Of a stretch of 64,000 nt of DNA, positions 26,356-37,800 are shown in pieces. Every line of letters starts with the position of its first letter. The stretch's first letter is position 1. Made by a program: the position numbers and the translations under genes. The stretch spans positions 66,154,001-66,218,000 of the forward strand of contig NC_045705.1 in the NCBI RefSeq assembly GCF_009834535.1, written 5' to 3'. Below the pieces are notes generated by a model that was not told the origin of the DNA, searched no databases, and saw only the letters and a program-made list of their open reading frames with translations. This stretch comes from Camelus ferus (Eukaryota).

Positions 26356-27048
26356 TGGCTAGCATTTCTTCTTGCATCGGTCTCTTCCGAGTGCTTCACT
26401 CCTCTTCCCCTCCTGTCCCCCAGTCCCACTCTCAGCAGCTCTCAGCACCCCCTCCAGCTGACAGGGTGCCCAAACCACCTGCAGCGGAGCCTCTGCTGTC
26501 CCAGCCCAGACAGTGTTAAGGGTGCAAGGTTCATCTCCCAAATTTGGAGTCCCCCAAACACCTCAGCTGCACAGACAGAGGAATGAACCTCCAGAGACTC
26601 CCAAAATTCTCAGCTAAGGGTGGGGAGAGGACGTCAAAGGGGATGGATGATGCCCTGACTGGGAAGGGACAGCAGCCAGTGAAAACTCTGAAGAGTGCTT
26701 GAACTCTGCTCCCCATCAGCTGCCAGGATGACTCCGAGTGGCACGTTGGGGGTTCAGCCAGCCGGGCCCCAGGACATCGAGCTCTCAGCTGATGAGATTC
26801 TTACACCAGCATGTGACCCAGAGATGGCAGAGGCCCTGAAGGCCAAGAGACCACGAGGGCTGGGACAGTGGCTCTCAAGTGCACAGTGGGCCACATGCCA
26901 GAAGGACCCCCAATGCTTTGTCCTGTGCAAGACCCTGGAAGGGGTGGGCAGGGAGCGCTAAGAGGACTGAGGAATTCGCTGTCCACAGGAGGGATGAGGG
27001 AATAGATGCAATTTAATGTCATTTAAGGAAAACAGAGCTGGAGGGGAA

Positions 27049-27172
27049 GGGTAGATCTCAGTGATAGAGGGTGTGCTTAGCATGCATGAGGTCCTGGGTT
27101 CAATCCCTAGTACCTCCATTAAAAATAAATAAACCTAATTACCCCTCTCCCCCCACCAAAAAAAAATAAATT
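27049..27172 (+). mobile_element. Vic-1-type SINE
   Basis: tRNA-Ala head and CCTAATTACCCC; TSD GAAAACAGA(G/A)CTGGA. Confidence 0.88.
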
Positions 27173-28227
27173 AGAAAACAGAACTGGAACTTTTTTTGTG
27201 CACCTGAATTTGTGGCTGGAATTAATATTTACTACACACACACAAACCCACCACACACACTCAGATTGCTCCCAGACACCACACATACATCCAGAAAACC
27301 ACCACACACATAATGCAACCCGGAAGCAGACACAAACACACAGAAGCAACAACCCCGCCCCAAGGGACAACCTGGAGATGTATACACAGATCCCCCTCTC
27401 ACAGCCCCAGGCACCCACATCCCCCCACCCAGAGCTGTCCTGCAGGTACACAAACGCACACCCACACCTGGGACAGGAAAGGCAGTAACTGGATCCGGTG
27501 GGAGCCTGAGGTGTGGACAGCATCAGGCCCTGGCAGGCAGACCGAGGGGACTGTGGAAGGCGCCTGGCAGCGCCTTCCAGGCCAGGCCTCATGCTCCCTT
27601 CATGCCTGGCTGGATCCCCCCCAATGCTGCGACTTAACGAGGAACGGCCCCAGCTCCCATCCTCTAGAGCCCTCGGAGGCCATACAGGATGGGGATGGGG
27701 AGGTGGAAAATAAACTGACTCACTTGGAAGCCCGAGGGGCTGAGTTTGCCAGGAGTCAGGAATGGAGGGGAACCCCTCCAGCCACACATCTGCTCAAGCC
27801 TGTCAGAGGTGGCTGTGCAGACAACCCAGGGGCCTGAGGCGGGGATGCTGCAGGGAGGGCTCCCATGGGCACCAGGCTGGAGCCGCCTGCATGGCTGGTA
27901 CAGGGTAAGTGGCAGGAAATGCTTGTTGAGTGAATGTGTGAGGTGGTGGGGTGAGGCGAGGCCTGGAGATCTTTGCCAGGTGGCCTCTCCACCCCTGGAG
28001 TCTGTGCCCAAATCCCAGACGGCATTTCCTTTGCACAGTCTATTCCCAGGCCCTGGGCCAGCCCGCACCCTCGGCTCGGCCAGGGAGACTTCACCACTGT
28101 CTGGTCCAGACTGGTGGCCAGAGGGGTGGCTGGCAAAACAGTCTGTCACCCCTCAGCCTTCAACAGTCAGCCTCATCCTGGCTTCCCTCTAACAGAGGCG
28201 CCTCCATGCCACACACGCCCCACCCCG

Positions 28228-28244
28228 GCCGCCACCTGGAGGCC
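28228..28244 (-). promoter_or_regulatory. CTCF-like motif between CST6 and the CATSPER1 3' end
   Basis: Reverse complement GGCCTCCAGGTGGCGGC. Confidence 0.4.
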
Positions 28245-28876
28245 AGGAGGACTTGAGCAGCCTCCCCCCTCCCACCTCATTGAGGCTCCTTAGCCTGACT
28301 CCAGACCAGGCAAGGTATGGCAACGACCTCTGACCTCTGGGCTTATGGCATCACCATTGAGTTGGCACCTTTATACTAGTTGCTGAGGGTGCTAGTAGTC
28401 TTAAGTTCCTAGGCTTTGGGCCTCCTGGCCCCCCAAGTCCTGAGAACTGTAGGCTGTCCCAGCCTGTTCTTTTCCTCCTGTCTCTTGAGCCAGACCGGCC
28501 TTCCTCCCCAAAGCAGGGTGATGGCCAGCACTCCCTCCAGCACTGAGCCTGGCCCCCTTTCCACGGCACCCCTCTGGCTGCTGCCAAGGCACGGGCTAGG
28601 CTCTGGCAGGACCAGAGGGGAATCCAAGAATGGAGCCTTTCACCTACAACACTCCCGCGCACACACACACTCAAGTCTGCACACGCCTGCCTGCGCCCCA
28701 GACCCCTTGCCCTGTGCCTCGGCCCGGCCAGTGAGGATGCAGAGCCACCTGGGGTTTTAAAACTCTGTTGGGGCCCATCCCTGCAGGCCCAACAATCTTT
28801 CCAGCAGATCTTGTCCCGACCCACTGGCTGGGCAGCCTGCCATGGGCTGAAGTCTGACGCGGCTGCCTCTCCAGGG

Positions 28877-31800
28877 TCACCTCCTGAAGTCCTCTTCGCC
28901 AGCCTGCAGAATGGGGCAGGAGATAATGGGACCAGTGCAGGCCTCGGCCTTTCCCAATGCCCACGGGACTGTGACTCAGGGCCACTTCTGGGCACAAGCC
29001 CCTGAAGCCTGGCCTTCCCGTGTCCTCCCCCTCCCTCTGGCTCCTCCCGTCGGGTGCCTGGTTCACCTCAAATGCAGTGTCCACAATCTCATCAATGACA
29101 GCTGCCTGGGAGCGGAATTTCTGCTGGTAATGCTCCACCCCAGCCGCCAGCTGCAGGAAGTGGAACAGGAGCTCCTGCTGCCTGGGAAGGGAGTGGGGCA
29201 GAGCCCTGACTGGGTGGACCTGCCTGGCTGGGCCATCTTGGTCCCCAGAGCCCCAGAGCCCCAGAGCCCCCCAGACAGTTCTTCTTGCTTGACCCCTTCC
29301 TCCCAACTTACATTACCCTAGGGCTTCCTTTCCATCCATGGCCACCATGTTTCTGTGTGTGGCCCTTCCCCGGCCCCACCGTTTGTCTGGACCACAGCAG
29401 ATTCTGACAATTAACTGTTTACCTTCCAATCACCCAACCCTCCATCAGTCCACCCACCTGCTGCCCCTTCAACTACCCCCTACTGACTCATGCACCCACT
29501 CAGCCACCTACCCACACACCCACCCATCTGTTTAGCTATTCACTCACCCATCAGACCACACAACCCTTTCCCTCACTCATCCATACCCCCATCCACCTGC
29601 TCTTCCCTGGCCCCACACGCCCACCCCTTACCTAAACCTCACCCTCATGGACTACCCATTCATTAACTCCTTTGCTGCCAACTTATCTTACCAATCAGTC
29701 CATCAAATAACACTGAAATCAATGAACACTGCCAGGTGTGCCAAGGATGTAGAAATGAGCGAGAAACAGCCCCTGCCCTGGAGAAGCTCAGTCTGTGGCG
29801 GAGCCAGGAAAGCAAACCAAGTGTGTTTACACCTGTGATAAGTGTGAACACGGGGCACTGAGGGGCCCAGAGGAGGAAGCCTCCCCCAGTACTGGGGGTG
29901 AGGAAAGGTTTCTGGAGGAAGTGCCGCTGAGCTGAATTTGAGTGTTTGCTGAGCTCAGACAGGGCTCCTGGTGCTCCAGGTCTGTGAACAGTGGGGAGTG
30001 TTCTGGGGGCAGAGGTGGGCCTCAGGGAGGGAGGTTTTAGAGAACGGATGAATTGAAGGTGGAGACATGCAGGGAAGGTCACAGCAAGGCACCCGACCCT
30101 TAAACTAAGGGAGGCAGGAGCCCTTGCAGGGAAGGCAGAAAAGGCCAAAACTTCTTTCAACAAAGATCACTCTTTAAGTCAATAAAAAGAAAAAGAAAGG
30201 AAAACAAAAAGATGAGAACAAACCAAACAACAGCAAACCAAAGACACTCTCAGTGAAGGTGGAGGTGGACCAGTGGAGAAGAGACCAGAGGCCAAGAAAC
30301 CCCCACGGCAGGTATCACAGAGGTGCCAAGGATCCAGACCAGGCTGAGGGCCAAGGAGCTGGGACCTGGAGGGAGGACAGGAGGTGAAACGAGCAGGACT
30401 GGAACTCAGCTCTTCTAACTCTTAATCACTTGAGCCTGGTGTCTGTCGGCAGCCAGAAAACATCGCAGGCGGAGAGAACGGTGTGGGCAAAGGCCTGAGG
30501 GAGGGCACGTATGTGTGACGCTGTGGGTAAAGCTAGGATGCAACGGGGGTGGTAGCAGCTGCCATGATCATGGAGGCCTTGGGGCTTGAGCTCTGTTGGT
30601 GGGTGAGCAGAACCTGGAGGGTGCCAGCTGTCGGGCTGGTTTGGAGCCGGTCTGGATGCGGTGGGGTGGGCCCAGCTTTCAGTAAGAAGGCTCTCTGGGG
30701 AGCCAGGCCTGAGAGCAGGGGCCAGGAGTCTGTGCCAAGGACCCCCAGCCATGAGCACAGCCACGCATCCCCAGGAGTCCTGGCCCAGCCGGCCGCTCAC
30801 GTTGACAGGAAGGGCTGCTGACCATCTGCCTCCCCTGCATTTACCTAAGCTGTTCCCCAACCCACCGTCCTCTTCCCTCCACCCAGCTGAAGCCCACCAG
30901 CCCTCCGTGGCCCAGCGCATTCTACAGAGGTGGGGCCCTCACAGGCAGGTGCCAATTGTGTCCTCTTTGGGTCTCTGGAGTCCTCGCAGAACCTAGCCCA
31001 GAGCAAGGATCAGGGATGCTGCTCGAGTAAAAAAAGTGAGCAGAACTCCCATTCCTCCAGCATCTCGCCACTGCCCCTGCCCTGGGTGGTCGGGCTCAGA
31101 GGGGCTCTCATGGCCCTTTAGGTGCTGCTGGGAGGATTCACTTGATGGCACAAGATGACTCAGGGTGAGCAGAAGCCACTCAAGCTCACCACATCCCATA
31201 AGCCTTAGTGCTCTGCTTCCAGAGAGGTGGGCAGTGCCCCTTCCCCTGCCAGCCCAGCGGTCAGGCCCCCAGACTACTCCCCTTAGACCTGAGGCCTTGC
31301 CTCCCTTCATGTCTCCTTACTTCTCAGTCATGGTTCCAAATTGTTTCTCAACGAGCTGCTTCTGTCTAGTGTGTTCACTCAGCGCCTCTTCTGGTTCTGG
31401 ATGTAGAGAAAGAAGGAGGAGGTCAGGGAGACACCTGGATTGAGAGTGGGTGGAGGGAATCCCCTGTGTCCTGGAGACACTCAAACAGGGGTCAGGGTTT
31501 TTTGTTTGTTTGTTTGTTTTGTCTAGAATGTCCCCAAAGAGATTGCTTCTCTGGGCATGGAGTATGTTTTGTTTGTTTACTGGTCCATCATCCATTCCCT
31601 CTTCTTCTGGTAAAAGTCTCCCAGTTTTCCTGAGGACCCACTCCCACCCCTTTTGGTGGACTGTTGTCTAGCTGGGGTTGACCCCCCACAACTCTAAGGA
31701 CAAGCCTGGCCAATCAGAACAGCCTAGCCTTTGGGTTACAGTGATTGGTTCAGAAATAGCCAGGTGATTAATCTGAGCCAAAGAGATTCATTTCTGGGAC

Positions 31801-34800
31801 TTTGTTGGAATGGCTGGGAGAAGAGGACCTCTCTGCTGGGAGAGCTGTGTTTAGCTATACTGTGAGGATTTGGGACTAGAGTTGCAGGTGGTCATATTCC
31901 CACCACAAGGGAAGAGCACCCTAAGCACAAAACCACACAGAGAGTTACAGAGCAGAGAAATGGAAGGAGACCAACTCTCAAGCAACATTGGGTCCTGGAT
32001 CCAGCCATTCCTGAAAGCCCATGAACTCCCAAGTTGCTAAGTAATTTGAGACAATTTTTCTTTTAGCTTAAGCTTTTTTTTTTAATTTTTGAAATTTGTG
32101 TATTTATTTTACATTATATTTTTAAATTGAAGTATAGCTGATGTACAATATTATATACAATATAGTAATTCACAAATTTTTAAAGATTATATTCCACTTA
32201 TAGTTATTATAAAATATTGGCTATATTCCCCATGGTGTACAACACATCCCTGTAGCTTATTTTATACCTGATAGTTTGTACCTCTTCACCCTCCACCTCG
32301 GTCTTGCCCCGCCCCCTTTTCCTCTCCCTACTGGTAACCACTAGTTCCTTCTCTACATCTGAGTCTGTTTCTTTTCTGTTATATTCACTTGTTGTTGTAT
32401 TTTTTAGATTCCACATGTAAGTGATATCCTACAGTATTTGTCTTTCTCTGTCTGACTTATTTCACTTAGCATAATGCCCTCCAAGTCCATCCATGCTGTA
32501 CACCAGAAACTAATATAACATTTTAAATCAACTGTACTTCAATTAAAAAGCAAACAATCAACCCATTTAAAATAAGAAGAACTGAACAGATATTTTTCCA
32601 AATGAGGAAATGCAGATGGCCAACAGGAACATGAAAAGTTGCTCAACATCACTAATATCATGGAAATGCAAATCAGAATCACAATGAGACACCATCTCAC
32701 AGCTGTCAGAATGGCCATCATCAAAAAGAACACAAATAACAAATGTTGGCAAGGATGTGGGGAAAATGGAACACTTGTACACTGTTGGTGGGAATGTAAA
32801 TGGGTGCAGCCACTATGGAAAGCAATATGGAAAGTTCTCAAAAACCTAAAAATAGAACCACAATATGGCCCAGCAATTCCATTCCTGAGCACATATCCGA
32901 GAAAAACAAAAACATTAATTCAAAAATATACATACACCCTGCTATTAACAGCAATGTTATGTATAATTGCCAAGATATGGAAGCATCCTAAGTGCACATC
33001 AATAGATGAATGGATGAAGAAGATGCAGCATACATATGTAATGGAATACAACTCACCTATAAAAAAGAATAATATTTTGCCATTTGCAGTCCTTCATTAA
33101 CTTTTTTTTCACTTCAAAAACCAGAATTTTATAACTGGCATAAACATTTCCATTGCATCAAAAACAACTAAACACCTAGAAATAAACTTAACCAAGGAGG
33201 TTACCTATTCTCTGAAAACTGTAAAACACTGATGAAGGAACTTGAAGATGGTACAAAGAAATGGAAACACATCTTGTGCTCTTGGATTGGAAGAACCAAA
33301 ATTATCAAAATGGCCACACTAACCAAAGCATTCTACAGATCCAGTGTAACCCCTGTCAAAACACGATATTTTTCATAGAACTAGAGCAAACAATTTCAAA
33401 ATTTATATAGAACCACAAAAGACCCTCAATTGCCAAAGCAATCCTTTGTAGGTCTTTTTTTCTCCTCTTTCTTCTTTTTGTTTTTTCTTGTGGTTTGATG
33501 ACTAGAAAAGTTCCTGTAACATTTGTTGTAAAGCTGGTTTGGTGGTGCTGAATTCTTTTAGCTTTTGTTTATCTGTGAAGCTTTTGATTTCTCCATCAAG
33601 TCTGAACAAGAGCCTTGCTGGATAGAGTATTCTTGGTTGTAAGTTTTTCCCCTTTCATCAATTTAAATATATAGTGCCACTCTCTTCTGGCCTGTAGAGT
33701 TTCTGCTGAAAAATCAGCTGATAACCTTATGGGAGTTCCCTTGTATGTTATTTGTTGCTTTTCTCTTGCTAATTTTAATATTTTCTCCTTATCCTTAATT
33801 GTTGTCCGTTTGATGACTACGTGCCTTGATGTGTTCCTCTTTGGGCTGATCCTGTGAGGAACTCTCTGTGCTTCCTGGACTTGGGTGACTGTTTCCTTTC
33901 CCAAGTTGGGGAAGTTTTCAGTTATTATCTCTCCAAAAATTTTCTCAGGTCCTTTCTGTCTTCTCTTTCTGACCCCTATAATATGAATATTAGTGCGCTT
34001 CATGTTGTCCCGGAGCACTCTTAAATTATCCTCATTTCTTTTCATTCTTTTTTCTTTTTTCTGTTCTGTAGTAGTGATTTCCACTAATCTGTCTTCTAGT
34101 TCACTGATCCGTTCCTCTGCCTCATTTAGTCTATTCTTGGTTCCTTCTAGTGTGTTACTCATTTCAGTGATTTTATTCTTCAACTCTGTTTGGGTATCCT
34201 TTATATTTTCCAACTCTTTGCTAAAAACCTAACTCTGTCTGCCTATACTCCTCTTGAGTTCTCTGAGCATCTTCGCCATCATTACTTTAAATTCTTTCTC
34301 AGATAAACAGCCTATCTCTTCATCACTTATTTCTTCTTCTGGGATTTTATCTTGTGCCTTGGCCTGGGAGATATTCCTCTGCCGCCTCACATTGTTTATC
34401 TTTCTATTTGTATTTTTAGGTAGCTTAATTATGTTTCTTGACACTGGAGAGGTGGCCTCTGTGGAAGACATCCTATACATCCCAGCAGTATACTCCTCTC
34501 TCGTCACCCAAGAGCCAGGGTCCTTCCAGTCCCAGGGTAGAGTCTGGCCTGTGTTTGTGGACTCCTTCCATAGGCTTTGGGATTGTTGTTTTCTTATTTC
34601 TAATATCTGCCCCTGGTGGATGAGGCTGGACTAGAGGCTTATGCAGGGTTCCTGGCGGGGGAGTCAGTGCCTGCCCACTGCTGCATGAAGCTTGGTCCTG
34701 GGCCTCTGGTGGGTAGGGCCCACCAGTGTCTAGAGGTGTCTGTGGCTCAGGAAGCCTGCTGATGGGGGGGGGGGGACTGTGTTCCCAACCTGTATGTTGT

Positions 34801-37800
34801 TTGGCCTGAGGCTTCCCTGCAGGCTGTTGTGTGGGGCTAGGTCTTGGTGCAAATGATCCAATCAAGATATCAGCCTCCAGGAAAGCTCATGTAGGTGAAC
34901 ACCCCCCAGAATGTCTTCCATCAGCTTTTATGTCCCCGGGTGAGCTATATCCATCCCCTACCTCTCCAGGAGATCTTCCAAAACCAGCAGGGAGGTCTGG
35001 CCCAGGTTCTATGAAATCACTGCCTCTGCCCTGGGACCTGGCTCATGTGAGAGTCTGTATACACTTCCAAAGAGAATGAAGTCTCTGTTTCCCCCAGTCC
35101 AGTGGGGCTTCTGGAGCTAAGCCCCACTCGCCTTCAAAACCAGATGTCTTGGGGTCTCCTCCTCCTCTCAATGCCAGAACCCTGGGCTGAGGAGCCTGAC
35201 GTGGGGCTTAGAACTCTCACAACTGTGGGAGGGCATCTGCAACTTAACTATTCCTCAGCTTGTGGGCCGCCCACTCGGAGGTCTGGGGCCCAGTTATATC
35301 GTGAGAACACCCCTCCTACCGTCCTGCTGCAGTGCCCTCTTTATGTTTCCAGTTGAAGAAATCTTTTTTGCTAGATTCCAGTCTTTTTCCCGATGGTTGT
35401 TTAGCAGTCAGTTGTGGTTTTGTTCTTTGCTTAAATTTTTTTGCACTGAGTGTCCACGATGGAGAGGGTGGGAGAGAGGCCAGGTGACCCCTAAAGGCCC
35501 TTAGTCTCCAGCGTTGATGATCCTAAGAGTGGGATTCTGGGGCTCAGATTCTAAATTTCTGAAGATCTTTAAGCAGGAGGCAAAGCAATTGGCTCAAAAT
35601 CTTTTCACCTGGAAAGTCAGATGTGTAAAAACGAACATGTACAGGAAACTTCATTATGTAGGCCCTCAGTCCAGTTGGAGTGAATCTGGACAAGCGTGGA
35701 TAGCATCTTGAAAATACCCTCAAGACAGCTGAAACCACCCCACATAAGACCAACTCTATAAACTTTGAAAGTTCTTCATAGAAATAATGTTTGGCAAATC
35801 ATAATTGGCTAATTAATTGTTCTGCAAATGGGTCTTTCAAGAATTGACTATCAGTTTAATTGGCTTTTGGAGGATTGTCTTAGTGCCCTTGGGACCAAAG
35901 CTGTAAGCTCTGAAAGTTCGCCTGAGTCTTGGACTCTAAAGCTGGGTCTGGAGCTCTGTATCTGCTGGGAGGATGGGGGTGCTGGTACCTGCTTCAATGA
36001 GCTCCCTCAGTGAGTCATCCAGTAGATTCTCGTGGACCTGGGTGGCCTCCTGGGAAGAAAGAGGCCTCAATCCTGCCAGAGTCCCATGTCTCCTCATCCC
36101 TGGAGCACCCTCCTCCCTTCCCTCCAGCTTCTGTGCCCCTCCTCATGTTTTCCTGATTGGTCCACCTGCCCCACCCGACTTGGTACCTCCTGCTTCACTT
36201 TCTCCAGGCCTTTGAGCAGGGCCATCTGGAAGTTATCCACCAGGACAGCAATCACCAGGCTGGGGCGGAGACAGTGGGGCACTCTCAAGGAGGAGGCCAT
36301 AGGCAAGGCCCTGCACCCTCTTCTGGATTCACTGTGGCATAACCATGGTGAAAGGGGAGGAGTGGGACCCGGGGTTAGGTGTTGTGGGGGTAAAGCTGGG
36401 GAGCACAAGGGTGGGGTCCTCACTTGAGGAAGATGAAGTATTGGATGATGATATAAATCATGAGAATGGGGATGATGTACCAGGCACCTGGGAGAGAGGG
36501 CGTTGTTCGAGCTGTGAGTTCCTTGCCAGCCCTCCCCATTCCCGTGTCAGCAAGCATCAGAAGCCCCACCTGGCAGATAGGGTAACTGAGCCCTCTGGGT
36601 CTGCACACCCAGCCAGACCCTGCCCTCCACTCAGCCTGAGGTCTGCCCCACCCTGGGCCCGGCTGTCCATGTAGATGAGGGACCAGTCGTCCAGGGTGAG
36701 CAGGGTGAAGAGTGTGAAGATGGTGGTGAAGATGTTCTGGAAGCGCTTCGGATCAGATTGGCGGAATAGCGCCCGGAACACCACAGAGAAGAGGACTGGT
36801 TGTTCAGGGCCAAACCTGGCACACAGAGTCCCCATCTCCCCCAGTTTCCCCCTCCCTGCCCCCTGCCAGCTCCTGGTCCCTCCCCGCAACTCCGTCCAGC
36901 CCAGCACCTCATGTTCCCACCCCAGAATGCGTGGCATGGATACAGAGGCAGGTAAACATGAGGATGAGGATGGCAGTGATGGACGGCAAGGACCGGGCCA
37001 GGGTCCCAGTCACTTCCTGGAGGCTGGTCAGGAAGCTGTGGGCAGAGGTTGAGAAGGAGGCTGAATCAGTGGAAGTGGGGATCTGTGCCTGGCAGCCAGA
37101 GCTGACCTGAGACAGGAGGTCCCTGATTTGTTAGTGACTTGGAAGAGTCCTGACCCCTCTCTGGAAACTGAAGAGATAGATCCGAGTGGATGGCAGGAGG
37201 CTTATCAGGAAAGCAGGCTGGAGTCTGCGCCTCCCCATCCCTCATCACTTGAACAGGTCACAGCAGATTCCTTGGGAGCCCAGGCCCATTGTTCCCTCTT
37301 CCTTCAGAGTCCCCACACCAGGGTGGGCAGCTGTGGTCCCGCTGACCTGAGCCTCCGCAGGACCCAGATAGCCCGCAATGTTCGCAGGCTCTTGAGGACC
37401 TTGACGATCCGGAAGGTGTTTTGGTTGTAGACAGCGTGTGTGAAGGAGGGAGAGTTGAGATGCATGAGCATGAAGTCCAGCACGGCTAAGACCATGATGA
37501 AGAAATCTGAGGGCATAGGGAGGGGAGGGGGCGGCTCGGTGTCATGGGCTCCTGCCTGGGCCCCTAGCCCAGACCCACAGTCCTCCTGGTGCCAACACCC
37601 CCTGCTTCCCACCACACAAACATATACAGACACATGCACACACACACACACACAAAGGCTCCACCCTTACCCACCCAGTTTGTTCCAGGGGTCAGAAAAA
37701 TACTTGAGACCCAGAGCAACGATCTTGAGCACAGCTTCCACCACATAGATGCAGAGGAAAATGGAGTCCAAAGCCATGAAGTGCCACTCTGTGGGGACAC

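Noticed and set aside
37430-37470. CATSPER1 S3-S4 linker 4 aa longer than human
   Set aside because: Linker length varies among mammals (mouse is also longer as I recall), so it is not specific.
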